From the IMG/VR virus record IMGVR_UViG_3300009509_001033, positions 5,804 to 69,803 of that record: a stretch of 64,000 nt of DNA. One strand, written 5' to 3'. The notes under the pieces are model-generated. The model did not search any database. It saw only the letters and a list, made by a program, of their open reading frames with translations, and was not told the origin of the DNA. The stretch is from a virus. Below, one piece after another: positions 28,579 to 39,700 of this stretch (positions are counted from its first letter, which is position 1; every line of letters starts with the position of its first letter). The position numbers and the translations under genes are program-made.

Positions 28579-31500
28579 TTATGGATTTCCATATGCAGGT
28601 GTCCATCCAGCAGGAGGGGCAACACTGCTTGCCTTTATCCAATCAAAAGTAACACCAAAGGATATAACAGCAGGTGGATTGACAGGATCTTCATCGGCAT
28701 GGTTTGCAAACAAGCCAATGAAACCTGACTTTCCTGCAAATTGGCTAATAGTCCAGTTTCCTATAAGATTCCAGGTAGTGCCATTGTTTGACCACCATAC
28801 AGAAATACTAGTATTTGATCTATAGATTTGGAAACCCAAATTCATATCTGTATTTCCTGCTGCTGATCTTGTAGATCCAACACCATTTATTACTTGTCTT
28901 ACCTCTCTCTTTTCACCATCTGCATAAGTTCTCCAAGCACCGAACCAGTTCAAATGGTCAATCCAGAAGAACATACCACATCTCTGCCAGTTTGAACTTA
29001 CCCAGAAAGAAGGATTGATTCTAAAGAAACAGTTAATAGTAAATACTGAAGAACCCACATAGGAAACGGCATAAGCCATATTTTGTGTATCAGTGGAAGC
29101 TCCATCACCGGACCACATTTGCATCCCATTACTTCTACCAACTTGACCCCATGTTAACCAATGTGGAGCTAGATTAGAAGAAGCACCATATGATGTATCA
29201 AAGAAATCATATCCAGGGAAGAACATTTCATCAAAACATGGTAGAGTTGAAGCTGGAGTATATAATGGTGTTCCACCAACTGTTTCTATTGTATCTATGC
29301 CCAATCTTCCTCCACCACCATAACCCCATTTCCAGGTTCTACATCCTTCAGGTCTTTGCTCTAAGCCAATATTATGGTAGTACCCTGCTTTGATATCTGT
29401 AAAAGAGATTGCTTTACCAACAGGATCAAACAAATCATCACGATAATCGTCAGTCCATATTGATCTAGTTCCAGGTGCAAGATTATAGCCAGGACCAATA
29501 CCACTTGCTAACCTGTCGAAAATCCAACTTCTATATACTGATATAGGAGAACTATAATTAGTACCAGAAGATTCTATTCCAAGAGCACAACCATGACTAA
29601 CTCCAGCTTCTTCACCTCTACCCCATGCCCATACAGAACCATCTTCTTTTAATCCCATGGAGTGTAAAGAACCTGCTGCCATTTTTACAAATTTGTGACC
29701 TCCAGCAATTGGTGTTGGTGATCCTCTGTTGGTTTGTGTACCATCACCAACTTCTCCATAATCATTAGTACCCCATCCAAAGGCATTACCACCAACATCA
29801 CAACCAAGAACAGTGTAGTTAGTTCCAGGGGAAATCATTCTCCAATTATAATCACCATAAACGGATACTGGAGTGCTTGCATCACCTCCTGGTGCTCCAA
29901 GAGCACCATCATAATCTCTTCCCCATGCCCATGCTTCACCATTTGCTTTGATTCCAAAGGTTGTTCTACCATTACATACTAAGTCTACAAAAGAATGTCC
30001 ACCAAAAACGGATACAGGAGAACTTCTTGAAGTATTAGGAAGATTGGCACCAAGTTCACCATATGTATTACCCCCCCAACACCATACAGAACCATCGGCT
30101 TTCATACCACATGTATGAGAAAACCCTGCACAAACTTTTTCAAAAACATGCCCACCAGCAACGGAAACAGGGTAGCTACTGTCAGTTGTTGAATTGTTAC
30201 CCAATTGACCTGCTGAATTATCTCCAAATGTTCTGGCAGTTCCATCTACTTCTAATACGATGTTATGATAAGTTCCAACACCTATTGCTTTAAAACTTCT
30301 GGATTTAATTAAAGTTGGAACCCACCTATCGGTAATATCACCTATACCTAATTGACCTTGACTGTTATCTCCCCATCCCCAGAGAGAACCAGACATTAAA
30401 GTAGTTTGGTAAGCACATTCTATATCAAACTCACATGGTAGAGGTATTGCAACTGGAGTAGATGTTGGATTATCACATGGAATATCTCCCCATTGCCATA
30501 TTTGACCATTTGCATCTAGAGCATAACTGTATTGTGTTCCAGCAGCAATGTCAATAATGTTTGAAAGTCCTGGTACTGAAATTGGAGATGATTTATTAGT
30601 TGTAGTACCATCACCTAATTGCCCTCCAGCATTGTCTCCCCATGCCCACACTTCATCAATTTCCGATATTGCTAGGTTATGATTGTCACCTGCTGCTATA
30701 TCTTTGAAGAGAATATCAGTTGGAACTAATGTTGGGGATGCTTTAACTGTTTCAGGTGTAATTTGAGCTAATGATGTTGCAGTGGGTATTGATTTTCCTG
30801 CTGTTGTATTATCACCAATATGTTGCCAACTACCCCATGCCCAGACTTGACCATCAGAGTCAATAGCAACAGTTCCACTCTCACCACCAATTACAAAATT
30901 AACAAAACTATATGACTGACCACTTCCAAGAACTGATGTTGGGCTTGATACAACAGTAACAGTGCCAACACCACACTCTCCATTATTGTTTTCTCCCCAC
31001 ATCCAAAGGGAACCATCTGCTCTAAGGAAACCGTGAGTTGCTGATTGTATTCCAGTTGCAACTTTGATTGCATTATGTGGTGAACCCAAAACTATTGTTG
31101 GAGTGCTTCTGTTTATCGGACCTCCCATAAAAGCCCAAGGTGGAGACATAGCATTGTAGTATTCGTTATAACCACACATCCAAACATTACCACTATTATC
31201 TAACCATATAGAATTAGCTTCTCCCATACTTGCATTTTTCCAAACTGAGGGCCAACCCACACCTGTAGCCACAGGGTCAGGTGACCCTCTGCCTGTTGTA
31301 TCATTTGTACATAGTCTACCTTGGCTATTTTCCCCCCAGACAAACCCACCACCAGCAAAGTCAAGAGTTAGACCACCATTTGAACCCATAGAGAGAAGTT
31401 TGTGTGCTCTTGCTATAAATGGATGAGTACAACCAACACCACAAGCAGAGTGCATAATTGCTTCTACATCTTTTGGGCTTGAAAAACTAGTTGCTCCACC

Positions 31501-32469
31501 AAGACCTGCTAATGGATACTGACCTGTATTCCCCCAACAGAATAGATATCCAAATTCGTCTAAAGCACATGCAGTATTACCAGCACCAGTAGCACCAATC
31601 CAGAATTTGTAGGCACCAGAATAGAGAACCGATGTTGGAGATGATTTATTAACTTCCCATTGACCATTTCCAAGATTTCCTTGAGTTGCTTCCCCCCACA
31701 TCCACATAGAACCATCTTCTTTAATTGCCCATGATTGATTGTCTCCAAATACTCCAATACCTGCACAAACTCCAGGAACACCACAAGCTTCATCTCTATC
31801 TAAAGCAGAGTTAAGAATATTTCTTGTATCTGCTGCCCATCCTTGAGGTCCAGCTACGGTAACAGGAGAACTTCTATCGGTTAAAGTACCATCTCCAAGT
31901 AAACCCCATCCAGGAGAAAAAACATAGTTAAGACCCCACATCCAAAGTTTTCCTGTATTACGATCTATTGCACCAGAAAAACCAGTAGAACCAGCACCAA
32001 TTGCTCCTATTTCAAATTGAACTCCACCAAGCTGACCAGCATCATCACATCCCCATGACCATACAGTACCGTCTGCTTTAAGACCTATAGAGTGGCATTC
32101 ACCAGCATCAACCTTAATAAATTCGTGATCACCAAGGACAGAAACAGGAGAAGATGCAGTAACAGGAGCAGTTCCAGTGCCTAATTGTCCAGTTGTTCCT
32201 CTACCCCATGACCATAGAGAACTATTTCGTTTTAGACCTAGTATATGATACCATCCAGCAGCAATATAGTCGAATTTATGAATACCAGCAACTATACCTG
32301 GAGTGCTTTTTCCTGTAAGAGTACCATCACCTAATTGACCGTATTGGTTGTCTCCCCATGAAAAAACTCTACCGTCATTCCTAAGTCCATAACCAGACTT
32401 AAGACCTGCTGTTACTTGAGTAAAAATTCCATCTGACAAAACTGCTATTGGACTGCTTCTATCTGCCAT
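28579..32469 (-). CDS. RCC1/BLIP-II repeat protein with C-terminal ConA-like domain (putative virion adhesin)
   Basis: Many WG.N..GQLGDG...SSP repeats; aromatic beta-rich C-terminus. Confidence 0.8.
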   Translation of the reverse strand: MADRSSPIAVLSDGIFTQVTAGLKSGYGLRNDGRVFSWGDNQYGQLGDGTLTGKSTPGIVAGIHKFDYIAAGWYHILGLKRNSSLWSWGRGTTGQLGTGTAPVTASSPVSVLGDHEFIKVDAGECHSIGLKADGTVWSWGCDDAGQLGGVQFEIGAIGAGSTGFSGAIDRNTGKLWMWGLNYVFSPGWGLLGDGTLTDRSSPVTVAGPQGWAADTRNILNSALDRDEACGVPGVCAGIGVFGDNQSWAIKEDGSMWMWGEATQGNLGNGQWEVNKSSPTSVLYSGAYKFWIGATGAGNTACALDEFGYLFCWGNTGQYPLAGLGGATSFSSPKDVEAIMHSACGVGCTHPFIARAHKLLSMGSNGGLTLDFAGGGFVWGENSQGRLCTNDTTGRGSPDPVATGVGWPSVWKNASMGEANSIWLDNSGNVWMCGYNEYYNAMSPPWAFMGGPINRSTPTIVLGSPHNAIKVATGIQSATHGFLRADGSLWMWGENNNGECGVGTVTVVSSPTSVLGSGQSYSFVNFVIGGESGTVAIDSDGQVWAWGSWQHIGDNTTAGKSIPTATSLAQITPETVKASPTLVPTDILFKDIAAGDNHNLAISEIDEVWAWGDNAGGQLGDGTTTNKSSPISVPGLSNIIDIAAGTQYSYALDANGQIWQWGDIPCDNPTSTPVAIPLPCEFDIECAYQTTLMSGSLWGWGDNSQGQLGIGDITDRWVPTLIKSRSFKAIGVGTYHNIVLEVDGTARTFGDNSAGQLGNNSTTDSSYPVSVAGGHVFEKVCAGFSHTCGMKADGSVWCWGGNTYGELGANLPNTSRSSPVSVFGGHSFVDLVCNGRTTFGIKANGEAWAWGRDYDGALGAPGGDASTPVSVYGDYNWRMISPGTNYTVLGCDVGGNAFGWGTNDYGEVGDGTQTNRGSPTPIAGGHKFVKMAAGSLHSMGLKEDGSVWAWGRGEEAGVSHGCALGIESSGTNYSSPISVYRSWIFDRLASGIGPGYNLAPGTRSIWTDDYRDDLFDPVGKAISFTDIKAGYYHNIGLEQRPEGCRTWKWGYGGGGRLGIDTIETVGGTPLYTPASTLPCFDEMFFPGYDFFDTSYGASSNLAPHWLTWGQVGRSNGMQMWSGDGASTDTQNMAYAVSYVGSSVFTINCFFRINPSFWVSSNWQRCGMFFWIDHLNWFGAWRTYADGEKREVRQVINGVGSTRSAAGNTDMNLGFQIYRSNTSISVWWSNNGTTWNLIGNWTISQFAGKSGFIGLFANHADEDPVNPPAVISFGVTFDWIKASSVAPPAGWTPAYGNP

Positions 32470-32472
32470 GTT

Positions 32473-35400
32473 TTATCCATCTCCTAATTGTCCTAGGGCA
32501 TCATCTCCCCATGCCCATATCTTGCCATCCTCATCAATACCAAGGGTGAAGTCTCCACCACCTGACATATCAATCCATTTCTTATTTCCTATTACTTGCA
32601 CTGGAGAACGTCTATTTGTTATTGTACCGTCACCAAGTTTTCCATCAGTATTACAACCCCATGCCCATGCTTGCCATGAGGTAGTACATTTTAATAATGT
32701 TGAATGTAAATAATTACCAGTGTTAGGTAGTAAGTTTACACACTCTTCTGCTCCGATTGCTCCACAATGTGGAATACTTCTAGCACTCTGGTCAGTATGA
32801 TGAAGCAATTTTCCATATTCACCTGCTCCCCATGTACAAATAGTTCCATCCTTTTTTAATGCATATGTATGCATTTCACCAGCAGCAAAATCAATAAATG
32901 TGTGATCACCATAAACAGAAGTTGGTGTGCTTTTCTGATCTAATGAATTAACTCCAAGCTGACCATAATCATTTCTGCCCCATGCCCATACTTTATAATT
33001 GCTATCTAAGGCAATATTGTGGTAACCACCTGCATCAATGTCAATAAAATCCTGACCACTTGCAGGAACTTCACCACCTGATGGTAAAATAGGTATTTCA
33101 TCTCCAGTATCAACACCTATAGTTCTAATTATTTCTTTACCATTAACAGCAACACCAATCCAGTCAACAAAACCTGCTGTATCTGCTAACATGCCCCAAT
33201 CTGCTCCAAATCCCCAAGTACCAGCACCAGTAATGTCATTATCCTCTATTATCATATCCCATCCTCTTGGCATAGGATATCCATAAGGCCAAGCTTTGCC
33301 TTTTAGTATATTTCCTTGGATTCTGAGCCTAATCCACATCCAATCTCCGTTTCTCCAAAGATTGCCTTGTAATGGGACATAAACACCTGTATCAGTGTTA
33401 TATCCAGGGCAACGGTGATGTCCAGGATTTTCAACACAGAATACACAATGTCTAGGTACAAGCATTTCTCCTAGACTAGTAAACGAACCATTTACAATTT
33501 TCATCATTCTTACTCCACCATCATTTCCATGGTTAAAGGCAAAACGATAATATGTATTAGTGGTTTGGCTTATATCTTTAACTCTTCCACAAATATGGAG
33601 AAAGTCATGATAACTTTCATCACCATGTAGTTTCATTAAAGCTAATATATCTTGATCTTCATAATTATCTAGTATTCTGTTGGCAATAATATTGTCATTA
33701 GTAGCACCTGAATGTTTTCTTCTTGCAGTCACAGGACCGAATTTATTTGTTGTTCCAAAATCTCCAGGGTCAATAATTGTCCATTCACCATTTGGATATT
33801 GTCCATGCTCCCAATCATTGCTAAATCCCAATCCAGGACCAAAACATGGGTGTGTTCCATATTGGCAGAAAAATCCAAGAGAGAATGTAATTCCACCATC
33901 CCAACAACAATAGCCAGAATATTCTGTATATTGGCTGAAATCTGTATACCAATCGGGTGTTATTATTTCCTGTTGTCCTGGAACTTCTATTGCTGCTTCA
34001 GTTCCACCACCACCAGCACCAATATCAATACCTGCTGCTGTTGATGCTTGTGTAAATGTATTGTCTCCCCATGCATATACTTGACCATCTTGAGCCAATG
34101 CTAATGAGTGCTCTGCTCCAGCAGCAACTTTAACATATTTCTTTGATGGAAGACCTGTAACAGCAACCGGAGAACTTCTGTTAATTAAGTCACCTACTCC
34201 CAATTGTCCTTTATTATTTCTGCCCCATGCCCATACACTTCCTGTTGAATCAATTCCAAGAGAGTGATAGAGTCCAGCAGCAGCAGTTTCGAATCTTCCT
34301 ATACTTCTTGGTGAAGCTTGATTTGATAAGAATCCTAATAGATATTGTGCTTCATCTGCTGGAAAGTAAGGACTTGTTTTTCCTTGTACTGCAAGAACAC
34401 TTACCGGAGAACTAAAGCTTGTACTTCTAAAGTTTCCATATGGAAATCCCCATCCCCAGAGAAGACCGTCTTCATCAAGTGCAAAAGTAGAATTTGCTGC
34501 ACAAATAATTGTAACAAAGGAACGTCCACCTACTACTGATTTTGGAGAATTTCTTTGTGTTCTTGTATTGTCACCTAACTGTCCGTAGGTGTTCCATCCC
34601 CAACACCATGCAGTACCGTCACTTGCTCTTAATGCACATGTATGTCTATATCCACATGAGAAATCTTTCCAGCCACTATTATCATTAATCGGTCCTGCCA
34701 CTGCAACCGGAGCACTTGTCCAATTACCTGTAGTATCCCCTAATTGATTATAATCATTATATCCCCAACAGAAAATTCTACCACCACTTTTTCCTATATC
34801 TGATGCACAGGCAAAATTTTGTCCTTGGTCAACATGTGTTACATACCATCCTTGTTCACATTGATAATCAAGCAGTCCTTGTATCAAGTAAGGGACAGGC
34901 ATTTCATATGGAGCACAACATGTTACTGGTGAACTTCTATGTACATTATCCCAATCAGGTACTTTCCATTGAGCACCTGCTGCCATTAGAATCCCTCTAG
35001 TTTGAACCCCTCTAATTCTATAACCCCAATCAGGTACTTCCTCTCTTCCTAAAAGATTGTCACTCCATCCAATAGTAAAGGTGTTATCATATTCGGCACT
35101 AACATGACCTACTTTACCCCAAAGAGGAAGTGCAATTGGAGATGTTACACTATTAGTATTACCTCTTCCTAACTGACCATAGTTGTTATATCCCCATCCG
35201 TATAAAGTACCATCTTCACCTATGGCAAGACTATGATTAGATCCAGCATCAACTATTCCTTTCTTTCCACAACTATTACACATTAAGTCTGTTCCAGGTC
35301 TCATTACCTTTACCCCTCCAGGTAGAGGAAGGACTGCTCTTGGAGTGCTAGTATTTACTAAGGCACCAATACCACATCTATGGTAGTTATTATAGCTACA

Positions 35401-36696
35401 ATAACCCCATGCCCAAAGGTCACCAGTTGCATCTACTGCTATGTTAAAATAGTTGCCCCCATTTCCTATATCAAGAAAAATATGTCCACCATAAACTGAC
35501 AATGGAGAGGATTGATTACCACTTATATTAGCACCTAAGCTACCTAGGGTCTGTTGCCCCCATGTCCATGCTTGACCTGTTGATTTTTCTAATATAAATC
35601 CTGCTGACTCTGAACCTTTAGTAAGCCAAGGATAGGTCAATTCTTGTGAGTATTCGATTAAGGCACCTTGTTCACCCAACTCTTCTGGGGTAGCACCAGA
35701 AGGTGCCACAAATCCCAATTGACCATAATCATTTCTGCCCCATCCCCATAAAACTCCATTTATATCTATTGCCATGCTATGGTCTGCTGAAGACGAAACT
35801 TCTACAAACTTTCTATTTCCTTGAACGGCAACCGGAGAGGATTTACTAATATTAGTACCATCACCTAATTGTCCATAAGTGTTATCTCCCCATGCATATA
35901 CTTTACCGTCATAATTTAAACCTAGTGAATGGTTTCTTCCACCTGCAATGTCAATAAGGTTCAGATCTCCCACTAATTCTACTGCTTGTGGGTCTACTGC
36001 TGGTACTACGTCAAAATCACTGAAACTGACATTAAAAGGAGTACCACTTCCAGCTTGTGCTGCCCATAGACCAATATATAGAGGTTCAGAAGAAGTAATC
36101 AAAAAACCAGTTTCAGGATTTGCATCAACAAAGTTTATACCATCAATGCTATAAGAACATTCAATTACTCCATTTGTTCTTGATATTCTCATCCAAATTG
36201 GGGAAACATTTATTAAAGGATCTGCACCAGTACCATCGAAATTTCTATTATTGTTTAGGGTAGCATCAAAATGATAACAGTTAAGATATTTAAAACCACT
36301 ATAAATCACACGAAGTCCAGCTTTTTTAGAAGCAGCAGATGAACTTTCTGCTACTACAAGACCTGCTTGTTCAGAGTTTTGGTTGATAGTATCAACATGA
36401 TATATTTTAGCAGTTACTATAAAATCAGATTCGTTAACTATCTGGTATACCCAAGTCGGTGTAAAAGTGGCAGAACTTTGACTTCCTGCACCTGCTGTTA
36501 TAGTTAGATAACCAGCACTTGCTGCTTCAGTGAAAGAACCCCCTCCACCAAGGTCTTGTTGAGTCCAGTAGTCAGCTATAACAGCATCTTCAAAAACATC
36601 AGGATATAATCCAGTGAGTGTACTATATTTAGTATAGTCTCCTAATTGACCATATTTGTTACTTCCCCATGAAAAGATCTTACCTGTAATTGGCAT
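32473..36696 (-). CDS. RCC1 repeat protein with two inserted ConA-like domains
   Basis: RCC1 repeats; inserts with QAGLVV..WMRISR..YS.DG..YIGL and WMWIRLRIQG..LKGKAW. Confidence 0.8.
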   Translation of the reverse strand: MPITGKIFSWGSNKYGQLGDYTKYSTLTGLYPDVFEDAVIADYWTQQDLGGGGSFTEAASAGYLTITAGAGSQSSATFTPTWVYQIVNESDFIVTAKIYHVDTINQNSEQAGLVVAESSSAASKKAGLRVIYSGFKYLNCYHFDATLNNNRNFDGTGADPLINVSPIWMRISRTNGVIECSYSIDGINFVDANPETGFLITSSEPLYIGLWAAQAGSGTPFNVSFSDFDVVPAVDPQAVELVGDLNLIDIAGGRNHSLGLNYDGKVYAWGDNTYGQLGDGTNISKSSPVAVQGNRKFVEVSSSADHSMAIDINGVLWGWGRNDYGQLGFVAPSGATPEELGEQGALIEYSQELTYPWLTKGSESAGFILEKSTGQAWTWGQQTLGSLGANISGNQSSPLSVYGGHIFLDIGNGGNYFNIAVDATGDLWAWGYCSYNNYHRCGIGALVNTSTPRAVLPLPGGVKVMRPGTDLMCNSCGKKGIVDAGSNHSLAIGEDGTLYGWGYNNYGQLGRGNTNSVTSPIALPLWGKVGHVSAEYDNTFTIGWSDNLLGREEVPDWGYRIRGVQTRGILMAAGAQWKVPDWDNVHRSSPVTCCAPYEMPVPYLIQGLLDYQCEQGWYVTHVDQGQNFACASDIGKSGGRIFCWGYNDYNQLGDTTGNWTSAPVAVAGPINDNSGWKDFSCGYRHTCALRASDGTAWCWGWNTYGQLGDNTRTQRNSPKSVVGGRSFVTIICAANSTFALDEDGLLWGWGFPYGNFRSTSFSSPVSVLAVQGKTSPYFPADEAQYLLGFLSNQASPRSIGRFETAAAGLYHSLGIDSTGSVWAWGRNNKGQLGVGDLINRSSPVAVTGLPSKKYVKVAAGAEHSLALAQDGQVYAWGDNTFTQASTAAGIDIGAGGGGTEAAIEVPGQQEIITPDWYTDFSQYTEYSGYCCWDGGITFSLGFFCQYGTHPCFGPGLGFSNDWEHGQYPNGEWTIIDPGDFGTTNKFGPVTARRKHSGATNDNIIANRILDNYEDQDILALMKLHGDESYHDFLHICGRVKDISQTTNTYYRFAFNHGNDGGVRMMKIVNGSFTSLGEMLVPRHCVFCVENPGHHRCPGYNTDTGVYVPLQGNLWRNGDWMWIRLRIQGNILKGKAWPYGYPMPRGWDMIIEDNDITGAGTWGFGADWGMLADTAGFVDWIGVAVNGKEIIRTIGVDTGDEIPILPSGGEVPASGQDFIDIDAGGYHNIALDSNYKVWAWGRNDYGQLGVNSLDQKSTPTSVYGDHTFIDFAAGEMHTYALKKDGTICTWGAGEYGKLLHHTDQSARSIPHCGAIGAEECVNLLPNTGNYLHSTLLKCTTSWQAWAWGCNTDGKLGDGTITNRRSPVQVIGNKKWIDMSGGGDFTLGIDEDGKIWAWGDDALGQLGDG
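34597..34644. repeat. 48-bp perfect direct repeat, second copy 39755..39802
   Basis: Identical DNA encoding HTCALRASDGTAWCWG in two RCC1 genes. Confidence 0.9.
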
Positions 36697-36700
36697 ATTT

Positions 36701-39700
36701 TTAGTACTCCAAGTAAAGTGAGTGGTCTTCTAAATAACCTCTTCCTAATATATTTAGTGTAATTAAGTTAAAATCTGGTATTGATACAGGACTACAATAG
36801 TTTGTTCCAGCACAAAATGGAGTCTTGCCCCATACCCATACAGAACCATCTAATTTGATTGCTATAGTATTATATCCATCTTTTGCTGCCCATACATCAA
36901 TGAAAGAATGTCTACCAATAACTGATGTTGGTGTGCTTCTATCTGAGTAATCACATACACCAAGTTGACCATAATTGTTTCTTCCCCAACACCATACAGA
37001 ACCATCGGCCTTTAATCCACATGCATGACCTTCTGATATACGTCCACCAGCAGTAACTTGAATAAATGAGTGCCTACCTGATACTGATACTGGTATTGAT
37101 TTATCAACAGTTGTACCGTCACCTAATTGTCCATAGGTATTATCTCCCCATGTCCAGAGTTTGCCGTTTATGTCAATACCATAACTTGACTGTGCTCCAG
37201 CAGCAACTTCTATGAATCTTGTTTCTAATGTTCTAGGTGAACCACCACCTATTAATAGTTGACCATCTGATATATCCTCTTTCCACAAATGGATTTCATC
37301 TATTCTTCCATGAAATTGTGCATCACCTATCCATCCATGGTTCATTATAGAAAAGGTAGTAACTGGAACAATAGTTAATGGAGCAGCAAGTACCCTTTGA
37401 GTTACAAAAGTTCCATTAAGAAAATATTTTTCAATCTGTGTTGTGCTATTATAAGTTACATGTAATGTATACCAAGTTTCTGGATCAAGAGTAGCAACAA
37501 GTTGGTTTTCACCTTCATGACCTGCATAAAGTTCTCTTGTGCTCTTTACATAATAGGCTCTGATTTGCTCTCTCCAGTTTGTTTGACTTCCATACCAGAA
37601 TAATACCTGTCCACTTCCAACACCAGCACCAGCAATTGGAGTTCTGAAAACAACTTTGTAACTAAAATCAAAATTGCCTGTTCCCCAATTTCCGTAATGA
37701 GCCTGTACCCAAACATCAGCTAGTGGAGCACCAGTATTAAAATCGAAACCTGTTGCACCATCCAATGAACCAAAAGTTCTAGTTTTTGCTTTTGGTGTAT
37801 TAGGTCTATATCTCCATCCAGTGCTTTGCTCATCAAGGTTGTCAAACTCAATAACATCATATATTGTCAGACCATGGTGAAAACCATCATAGGCATTATT
37901 ACCTCTGCTACCCTGTACCCAACAATATGGGTTCATGTTATATCCACCATAGCCAGGAGGATCACCTGTTCCCCATTCCATATAGACTTGTAATGAATCA
38001 AGAAAACCAAGTCTGTTAACTGATAATCCTTGGGGATTTGGTGCAATAATAGCAGAGAAATCACCATTAACACCAAAGAAACTTTCATATCCAGCACTTC
38101 CACCAGGATAAACATTTTGATCCCAATCAGTAAGATTTGTAGTCCAATCAAGTTTTTTGGTATCTTGGTCATACCATTTGTTTACCGATTTAGTACCATC
38201 CAAGAAAGTAATAGCTTGGCCTACCATATCAGCTACTCTTCCTGTAACAGTATTTCCAGCAGATGATTGAAAATTGTAAAATGCTGGTTCGAACCATGCT
38301 TGAAGTGTATTATTAGGACTATTATCATTTGAATTGATTTTCCATGATATGAGATTTAGCATCTTGTCTGCATTTCCCTTAGTTATTGCAGATGATGAAT
38401 ATACACCGGAACCATCAACATGTTGCCATTCTCTGGTTTGAACAATAAAGCCATAATCATCAAGAGATTCTACAACCCACCATCCAACATCCATATCACC
38501 ACTTCCATCATATCTATCAATTAATATACTAGTAGGACTGGTAATTTTAGCCCTTACCATAGCATCTCTCCATACATTATTAGTGCCTTCACATCTCCAA
38601 GAGTGATAGATAAAAGCTTTTGACATACTAACAGGATCAATTGTTATAGTTGCACTTTGACCACCTGCATCAATTCTACCTTTTTGTACTCTAACTCTAT
38701 TAGAATTAAATTCTACTAAGAATACACCTATCTTTAATTGACTTCCTGTTGTTGTTCCTCTAGAACATCTAACACTTCCACCTTCCAATAGTATTCTACA
38801 GAAGTCTCTATTGAAGTTTGTGCTACCAGTTGCAGTAACATGTTGTATTCCAGACATGAACGGAACACAGTTATCTAAAATTTGTCCTTTAGATGGTGAT
38901 TGATATTCATTTGTTTCACCTGAAGATAAGTTAAATTCAAAAAACTCTACTGATAGAACTAGTGGTTCAATCCATGGTACAGGATTATTAGGGTCTCCTT
39001 CAGAAAATTCAAATCCTCCTGTTTGCCACTGACATGGATAAACACCTGTTCTATTGAAAACAATACCAGCAGGATCTAGACTATCTGATACAATTCCATC
39101 TCTCCAAGTATATGATACGTCTGGTTGTGCTACTTCTTGAGGTAAAGTTGGATAAGCAGAATCATCATTTGTTCCATCACCTAACTGTCCATATGCATTA
39201 CTTCCCCATGTCCATACTTTTCCTCTTTGGTCAAGTGTAATAGTATGCTCATCTCCAGCATCTATTTTTCTGAATCGTCTTCCAGCACCAAGAGCAATTT
39301 CTTCAGGTGAATATCTATCAGTTGTGTCTCCCACTCCAAGTTGACCATAATTATTCAATCCCCATGCCCATGCTTTGCTATCAGTTTGATCAATCATTAA
39401 TGAGTGACCCCATCCAGCAGCAGCAGCATTTCCATATATTCCTAATAATCCACCATCGGTATTGCCTTTTACTATTTTTACATAATCTCTATCTACTCCT
39501 GGACCTAAATAGAAATTTGTTGGTCTAGCACTAGGTGGTGAAACAGATGGTAGTTGAACAGGGGAATTAACACTTGTATTTAAGCCTGATAAATACCCTG
39601 ATCCCCAACAATAAACAGAACCATCTTCTAATAAACCACATGTTGCATTATCACTGGCACCAATTGAAACAAATGACATACCACCTAAAACAGATACAGG

